Source: Eledone cirrhosa (taxonomy: Eukaryota). From it: a DNA stretch of 64,000 nucleotides. Location: the NCBI GenBank assembly GCA_964016885.1, contig OZ024740.1, positions 264,120,001-264,184,000 on the forward strand. Reading direction: 5' to 3'. Both the position numbers and the translations under genes were made by a program. Positions 54,679 to 64,000 of this stretch are shown here, piece by piece; position 1 is the first letter of the stretch, and each line of letters starts with the position of its first letter. The notes under the pieces were generated by a model. That model did no database searches. It saw nothing but the letters and a program-made list of their open reading frames with translations, and was not told the DNA's origin.

Positions 54679-54686
<8 letters not shown>
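51566..54686. repeat. Tandem array of ~604-bp units, about 5.2 copies
   Basis: Unit start TCTGATTTATCTGAATT at 51566, 52169, 52773, 53377, 53982, 54586. Confidence 0.97.
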
Positions 54687-54724
<38 letters not shown>

Positions 54725-55284
54725 GTGTGTGTGTGTTTGTGTTGTGTGTGTGTGCGTGCGTACGCGTTTGTTTGCGTGCGGGTGTGTGCGTGTGTGTATG
54801 TGTGTTGATATATATGCGTGTGTAAATCCATGGTGATGATTTGGAGTAAATGGACAGAATACCATGCTATGCTTTTCTTGCTATTTGTGTTTTGATTTCA
54901 AATCATGCCGAGTTCAAATTATATTTTAATTCATCTGAATTCGATAAGCGGAAACATGCCAATGAGGAGCGCAAAACTGAAATGATAATAAAATATCGCG
55001 TTATATTTACAAACGTATAGAAAATGCATTCTGTATTTATAGAATTATTTTCTGTAAATGGACAATGAAAAAAGTTTGTAACATTATTTACCCAAGTTTC
55101 GCATTACAGTGTTTTTATATACCTATATGTTGTTGTATCAGGGAATCAATTGTCAAGATGTTTGTAGTTATTACTGGAACGTTCAAGACTTTCTTATCTA
55201 ACATCAAGTCGAAACCGTTTCGACAGATTTAATTCTTAGCTAGGAAATATTATGCATTGTTCAACAAGATATGTATATATATAT

Positions 55285-56360
<1,076 letters not shown>

Positions 56361-56688
56361 TATATATATGTGTGTGTGTGTCTGTGTGTGCTTGCGTGTG
56401 TGTGTGTCCTTGTATATGTGTGTATTTATTTGTGCGGGTGGATGTTGATTACCCTCTGTTTATTCAAACGGTAAGAATCGCGTTCATTGCTAAAAAGTAC
56501 AATTGTATTCTGTATACTGGATATTATATTCTACATCGGTACTGTTTGAATAGAACCTGTTGAAAGTGACGTTTTTTGATTAGTCACCTGATTGAAGAAG
56601 GGATGTAATGTGACAAAATATGAATAGAAACATGCACAAAGAAATCGATTATGAAATCTATCTATCTATCTATATATATATATATATT

Positions 56689-56778
<90 letters not shown>

Positions 56779-56807
56779 AAAGAATAGAGGTGTAACACAC
56801 AAGTTAT

Positions 56808-57211
56808 TATATATTGGTAAACGGAATAGAAAATGCTGACAAATTGTTCACAGTTGAAAAATGGTTTAATTAGGAATAAAAGAGTATTAGTGATTGTATG
56901 GGTTAGTATTCAGTTGTGGTTTTAAGTTTTTAAATGTTTTCCGGTTGCGCATTTCTAAATGCTTTTCAAAAATAATTTTGAGATAGAGTGTCCGTGCTGT
57001 TTGCTCTGATCAGAGCAAACAGCACGGACACTCTATCTCAAAATTATTTTTGAAAAGCATTTAGAAATGCGCAACCGGTAAAAACTTAAAAAACTTAAAA
57101 CCACAACTGAATACTAACCCATACAATCACTAATACTCTTTTATTCCTAATTAAACCATTTTTCAACTGTGAACAATTTGTCAGCATTTTCTATTCCGTT
57201 TACCAATATAT
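56808..57211. repeat. Near-perfect ~400-bp palindrome with no spacer (centre CTGA|TCAG at 57009/57010)
   Basis: Arms are reverse complements with only a few differences. Confidence 0.96.
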
Positions 57212-57225
57212 ATATATATATATAT

Positions 57226-57603
57226 ATATAAGTTAAAACAATGAAATAAAAATATCAAGTCATTAGAAATATACTTCACAGCTTTACGATCGTTTCTAGG
57301 TAATGATAATACATCGCAACTATACTTCGTTTTCGATCTATGTAAGGTTAGTTACAAAATATCAGATAAGGAGAATATTTACTTACATGCATATCACCAG
57401 CTGTTATCAAAAGATTGCTTTTGACAACAGCTGGTGATATGCATGTAAGTAAATATTCTCCTTATCTGATATTTTGTAACAAACCTTACTTAGATCGATA
57501 ACGAAGTATAGTTACGATGTATTATCATCACCTAGAAACGATCCTAAAGCAGTAAAGTATATTTCTAATGACTTGCTTTTTATTTCATTGTTTTAACTTA
57601 TAT
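57226..57603. repeat. ~380-bp imperfect palindrome with 4-nt loop (ATTG, 57414-57417)
   Basis: agttaaaacaatgaaata..caaaag / cttttg..tatttcattgttttaact. Confidence 0.95.
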
Positions 57604-58519
57604 CATGACTCTGTTTTCCTTTTAATGTTTTATTGTTTTCCGGGATTTATTTTAACCTACAACATTTTCAACGTATGGATTACATTGAGTTCTTAATGCA
57701 GACTAGACCCCACAACTTACCGTGGATATCTCTGTGTGTATATATATATAACATCCGTGGCTATTTCGGTTTGTAAACACAAATTGCATAAACCCTTGCT
57801 GTATTACAGCGCCACATTATACCCCAACGGATAGTACGAACAGTATGCGGTTAATTTACGTCTTGATGTGGTAGCTAAGTATATTTTATGTTTATACCAT
57901 TAATTATTTGTATAGGTAAGTATATCTTATCCGTATGTTTTGTGAAGTTACGTATACTTTCTCTTACGTATATATGCTTGTATTTGTTATAGGTGTATAT
58001 ATTATATTATATATACTGGTATATGTGTATATGGTTATGTGTATATGTGCATTTTGTATTTGTGTGTGTATGCGTGTATGCGAGTTTGCACGTATGTAAG
58101 GTGTGTATATGTGTACATTTTGTTTTGGTTGACGTCCGTTTAGCGAACATATGTGTCTTACCTGTAGCTATGTGTGTGCGTGCGCTATATACGTATTTAT
58201 GTGTGTATATTTATAAATGTTTATAACAAACACAAACATATATATATATATATTTTTATGTGCATTTGGTGTATACGTTCGTATGTGTGCGGGAACATGT
58301 GTCCCGCGGATTTATGTATGTGCGCGCGTGTTTATGTGTACGTGCATGTATATGCATGCATGGCGGGTGTTTTCGCGTATGTACGTGTAAGTATGTATAT
58401 AGATGCGTGTACGTATATATTTAATTATTATTGATTTTAATAACCTCTGTCATTTTCGTTCTACTAATTTACATTATTCTTAAAACTGAAGCTGAGAATC
58501 ATTCGGTTTCTTAAATATA

Positions 58520-58888
58520 ATATTAGTCTACGACTTCATTTATACCATAAACGTGGTTTTGTCTTTGCGTGTAATTGATCTTAACGCTCCACATAACGAC
58601 GTATTATCTACGCTTCTTTCCGTTCATTGCCAGGGAACGTCTTCATGAACCAAAGTATCGTCTTCCTGGCTTCCTTCGGTTGCAACGTTTTTCGAAATAT
58701 TTACTTCTCCGTTCACAGAATGATTTTTTTAGTTTCAGAAGATCTCGTTAAGGGTGAAAGCAGCGATTCTTTGCTTAAACCTCAATCTGTTATTTTAATA
58801 AATATTTGGTCTAGGATTCTTACATATTTGATATATATTTATCCTTATCGCGCAATCTTGGGATTTAAGTCTTCACATTTATTATTAT

Positions 58889-58895
<7 letters not shown>
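58520..58895. repeat. Dispersed repeat copy B, homologous to 49595-49970
   Basis: See copy A. Confidence 0.85.
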
Positions 58896-58977
<82 letters not shown>

Positions 58978-58979
<2 letters not shown>

Positions 58980-59106
58980 ATAGGGAAAGGGTCGGGACCC
59001 CGGAGGCTGAGCTCCGGCAGTTTCTACAGCTAGATCCGAACTCAGATTTAGCTGTTCGGATCTAACTGTCGAAACAGCCGTCGGGGTCCTGACTCTTTTC
59101 CTATTA
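58978..59106. repeat. ~130-nt GC-rich foldback hairpin
   Basis: TAATAGGGAAAGGGTCGGGACCCC / GGGGTCCTGACTCTTTTCCTATTA plus an inner 27-bp stem. Confidence 0.88.
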
Positions 59107-59203
59107 CTCACTCTACTACCTTAAGTATCGAGTACCGTGGGACGAGTTTAGTCCATGGGAGGAGTTTAGTAGAATTAGTTCCACATCAGTTATTCGCCAT
59201 TTT

Positions 59204-59242
59204 CGAGAACAATTGTTTCACTTAGTAGGATCATCAGCTCGG
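59204..59242 (-). ncRNA. Minimal type-I hammerhead motif in the inverted pLTR
   Basis: Reverse strand: CCGAG-CTGATGA-TCCTACTAAGT-GAAA-CAATTG-TT-CTCG. Confidence 0.7.
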
Positions 59243-60083
59243 TTTAAAAGGAGAAACAATTATACGAATGCGCATGTACAGAATAAGGTACTTCCCAAAG
59301 GAAAGGGAACTCACGTTGAGTCGATGCGAGGGAGATAACTGTGAAAACTCAGAATATATTAGATATATTCATGTTATTCAGTCCAATGGTTACGTCGGGT
59401 AGTCAATCTGGGGCTTTGAAATTACGTTATATGTGTTTCGAAACGTCTGGACAACGGGTGTAAAATTCATTTTTGTATTTAGACAAGCGCTATTACGCAA
59501 TTTCCTCAGGATGTTGATTCTTTCTTTAATGCACAGCAGGCACTTCCCCATAGGTCATAAATACCGCTCCATTATTAACAGACAGAGGGTGAAACTTTCC
59601 TACTCTTGTGTTAAGTATATGAAGGCCCACATCACTAACAACCCTAAGAGCAAAATCCCACCAGGATGTTCCTGCCGAAGACCTGCAGCTTGTCCCCTTC
59701 AATAACACACCCGATGTAATTTACGAAGCTGTAGTCACTTCTAACCGACCAAATCAACAAAAAGAGGACAAATTCTATATAGGTATGGTGGAGAGCCGTT
59801 TTAAATAAAGTTTCCTGAATCATTTGTCGACATTAAGACGCCTGAACAAACGATCATCCACGAAGATCGCAAGCGTGGACGGAGGGGTGGAATACTCCAT
59901 TCAATAGGAAGTTATTACTAAGTCTAAGCCATACGGAAATGGGAATCTATCTCGTGGGCTGTGGATTGAAGAAAGAATCAATATACTCGCATCGACATAA
60001 CGTGAATTGTCTCCCATTTGGAAAGTAACTTTTTCTGCACATTCATATAATTGGTTTTCCTTTTCCGTATAATATCATTTAAA

Positions 60084-60123
60084 CCAAGTTGATGATCCGA
60101 TATGGTGAAACAATTGTTCTCGG
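60084..60123 (+). ncRNA. Decayed hammerhead motif in the direct pLTR
   Basis: CCAAG-TTGATGA-TCCGATATGGT-GAAA-CAATTG-TT-CTCGG; core C changed to T. Confidence 0.6.
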
Positions 60124-60152
60124 AAATGGTCAATCAACTGTTGTGGAACTAC

Positions 60153-60200
<48 letters not shown>

Positions 60201-60838
60201 AGAGAGAGGGGGGGGAGTTAGAGAGAAAATAAAGGGAGTAAGCTGATACAGAAATTACATATTAATAATAATACCATGAATAGAGATGCAAGATTTACGT
60301 ATATATTGAGATCTTATTCGCAGATACCAAGCAGCTACAAGTATCGTTAAGTATATGCATGTGTTTCTGTGTTTATGTGTGTGTGTGCAGGGGTGCGTGC
60401 GTGCGTGCACGTATCTCCGCGTCATTCAAACCTGGTAGAATTGGAGTGTGCCGTGCAATGTTTTCTTCAGTTGTCGCTGCTTCTGCAATCGATATTGATG
60501 TGTTTTTGCTGTGTTGGTCGTTCGTGATGGTGTAACTCATCCATATCTTGAAAGCCTAAAAGAAAGAAAGGCCAGGACAGGTCATCGTACTCAATACCGA
60601 GGCTTAACCAACATATGTATTTAGGACTGGCAGTTACTTGGCAAGTGAACTGATAAAATATCGTAGTTTTAGACTGAACCAATAACATAGAAGAAAAGGC
60701 AGATAACAATTTAAATGGTTATCATGTCTATTCCGAGTAAAAATTACTACATATACACACATATATATGTATGTATATATAAATATACATATATATGTAT
60801 ATATACATATATATGTATATTTATATATTTATATAGCC

Positions 60839-60943
<105 letters not shown>

Positions 60944-61054
60944 GTATATATATATGTATATTTATATATACATATGTATGTATATATGTATATATATATA
61001 TATATGTATATATATGTATATGTATACAATTGTATATATATATATATATATACA

Positions 61055-61100
<46 letters not shown>

Positions 61101-61102
61101 TG

Positions 61103-61136
<34 letters not shown>

Positions 61137-61613
61137 CGCGTGTATGTGTATGTGTGTGTGTGTGCAGATAGAGGAGAAGGAGAGTAAAGAGAAAGAACGA
61201 TTTACACTTTAACAGTTAGCCACGTTATTGCCAAAAAATATTATAAGCATTGGGAGGATTTCAGCTCTATAAGCAGCTTTATGTTTTATTTCCTTTTCAT
61301 ATTCATCAATATCTAATTTTCGAAGAATATAACATTCGCTTTCTATATTCTCTATCTCCTCTCCCGTCTTATCTCAACGCCCTTTGGTTATTCCGGTCAG
61401 GTATTTTATTACTCTCTTATCGTACATTGGAAGGAGATAATCATACGTTAGTTAGTCTTATAACGTTCATAATGCAATATTAACAGACAGAAATATATGT
61501 ATTACATACACACACACACACACACATGCACACACACACACAGGCACACACATATATATGTGTATATATACAATAGGTTCAGAGTTATGTTCATATATAT
61601 GTATATATATATG

Positions 61614-61721
<108 letters not shown>

Positions 61722-63278
61722 CTATATATATAAATATGTGTGTATATACATATGTATGTTTGTATGTCTGTATGTATGTACGTGTATTTTTATTTCTGTG
61801 TGCGTGCGTATATGCGTGTGTTGGTGTTGTTGTAGGTGTAGGTGTGTGTATGTGAATGTGGCCGTGTTCATTTTCTTTTTTGGGGTTTCCGTGTTTTCTC
61901 TACGGTGCTATTTATAATATAATGATGCTATTGTTTATCCCCCCTTCTCCCCACACTCTCTATCTCACTCACTCTCTCTCTTTCTCTCTCTCTCTACCTC
62001 TTTCTTTCTTTCTCTTATATTGAATAGTCCTTTCCATATCTTATATTTGCTTTTAGTAGCAGCTCCGCCTATCGTCTTACCTGGACGGGAAATATCAGCA
62101 ACATGTATCTAAGACTTAAGAGAAGACGATACAAAAGAAATATACACAATTCAATAATATTCACATTATTCATTTATCATATCTTATTAGTTTTATTCGT
62201 AGCTCTTTTCTCTGCTTTCTAAAGTGTGTTTAGGCTATTGTTATGGGATTAGAAGCTGCACAGAACTTTCCAAAGAAGAATGGAAGAAACGATTAAAACA
62301 AAGAATTTGTTTCCGGATAGCTGCTTCGCCGTTGTATATTATAAGTGTGTGGAAATTATCAATGTTCTTGTATGTCTATGTTTATGTATGAATGTGTAGG
62401 AAGTGTGGTTGGCGTCCATTTAGATGATGGAATATTAGATGTAAATTTGTGTGTACGAAGGTGTAAGTGTTTGTATGTGTGAATTGTTCTCCAATTGAGC
62501 TTAATTAATTAATGGTGCAGCATAACTTTACATTTTATTTAAGCATATGTGTGTGCGTGTGCGCGTGTGTGTGTGTGTGTGTGTGTGTGTGTCTTCTCTG
62601 TGTGTGTGTGTATACACTAATGTATTTAGTAATTAGCTAAAACTTTACTTTATAGATATATACATGCGTATATACATGCATATATATATATATATGTCTA
62701 TTTGTTTGCACTTTCACTATAAATAGAAAAGAGAGAAACAGAACAGAGTGAGAGAGAGAGAGAGTGATGGAGAGAAAGAAATGGAGAAGGCGGAAAGTGA
62801 ATGGGAGAGGTATAGAGAGAGATCAGTTTCATATTAATTATTATCCACTTAAGTGCCAGAAAGTTCCAAGATTGTTCTCCTTAATAACGGCATATACACA
62901 CACAAGAATATCATTTCGGTTTCGTATTGTTATTACGGCAAAGTTGATTTGTAAATTACTTTATTAATTAATGTTAGTATAGCTGCACTTGATTGTTGAT
63001 ATAAATTTTCATTAAATTTATGATGTTTATCCGATTCAAATAAAACAAAACAAACAGAGTGATGAAAAAAACGAATGCCTTATTAAAAATCACGCTCAGA
63101 AAGTGTTGGAAGGTTAGGTGCTTCGAACACAGGCCCTTCATCGGGAAACGGAGAGTTTGGATAAGGAGAGATCAAGTACGTACATGAAAGTATGGAACAG
63201 GTTAATTATTTTAGGCCTGGTAGTTGAGTGGTCCGGCATTCGGGAGAAATGACACAAGTAACCCGGAACGAAGTTTTC

Positions 63279-63337
<59 letters not shown>

Positions 63338-63458
63338 CAATGCCAGTGTTGAACAAACGGATGGCGATTTGTCATCGGCACGGCACAGCTTGTTCGTTCT
63401 CAAACGAATTGACTATTACTATTAATATTTGATGTAACACATACGTACATATGTATAT

Positions 63459-63522
<64 letters not shown>

Positions 63523-63533
63523 ACCCATTTTTT

Positions 63534-63601
<68 letters not shown>

Positions 63602-64000
63602 CATACTTATTAGCAACTAAATATAGTTACCATTCAGTTATAACGTGAGTAGGATAGAAACGTATGATAATATACATATTAGCGCATGGAGAATGTATCT
63701 GACATAGACTCATAAGGAAATTGAATTCTGAATATGTGAATGGGAAATATTCCAATCCACTGTGATCATCCTAGAAACTTAAAATCGCAACTCTATTTAA
63801 ATAGTATCATTTGTGCCTAACCTCGTATATTCAGTTTCATTAACAATTTTCCATAAATATATTAATATTTCCTTAAAATATCTTATATCTAATATTAAGA
63901 ATTTTAAGAAATCAAAATTATAACATTTATACTGGATTGGAAAATGATGACATTTATGTAATACCTATTAGCATTTAAATATGGTTACCGGGAGTTATAA

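Larger units (their letters stand above)
59170..60156 (+). mobile_element. Truncated Penelope-like element: GIY-YIG remnant between inverted pLTR copies, each with a hammerhead motif
   Basis: VKLSYSC..CSCR..CPL, then IYEAVV..KFYIGMVESRFK; 59170-59330 is inverted to 59985-60156. Confidence 0.82.

Noticed and set aside
54825-54950. Very degenerate SINE-like stretch
   Set aside because: Only ttcaaatc..gccgag and tcgataa match; too weak to annotate.

Overview
Eukaryotic, AT-rich, microsatellite-laden DNA. The SINE and repeat content looks cephalopod/octopus-like, which is an inference. No host protein-coding gene is recognisable. The first ~32 kb is a retrotransposon cluster built on (ATT)n/(TAA)n tracts. 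It holds three full-length, diverged Tx1/L1-clade LINEs head-to-tail on +, two further decayed Tx1 copies, one full-length and one 5'-truncated R4/Dong-type RLE element on -, and a head-to-tail array of six tRNA-derived SINEs whose 3' ends resemble the Tx1 3' ends. The ORF1/ORF2 junction of the Tx1 copies carries a conserved splice-donor/polypyrimidine/YAG arrangement that would fuse ORF1 to ORF2 in frame. The remaining ~32 kb has RTE and Penelope-like remnants, several minimal type-I hammerhead ribozyme motifs, a 604-bp tandem array and a cluster of long foldback palindromes. Everything was read by eye; boundaries are approximate unless the sequence is quoted.
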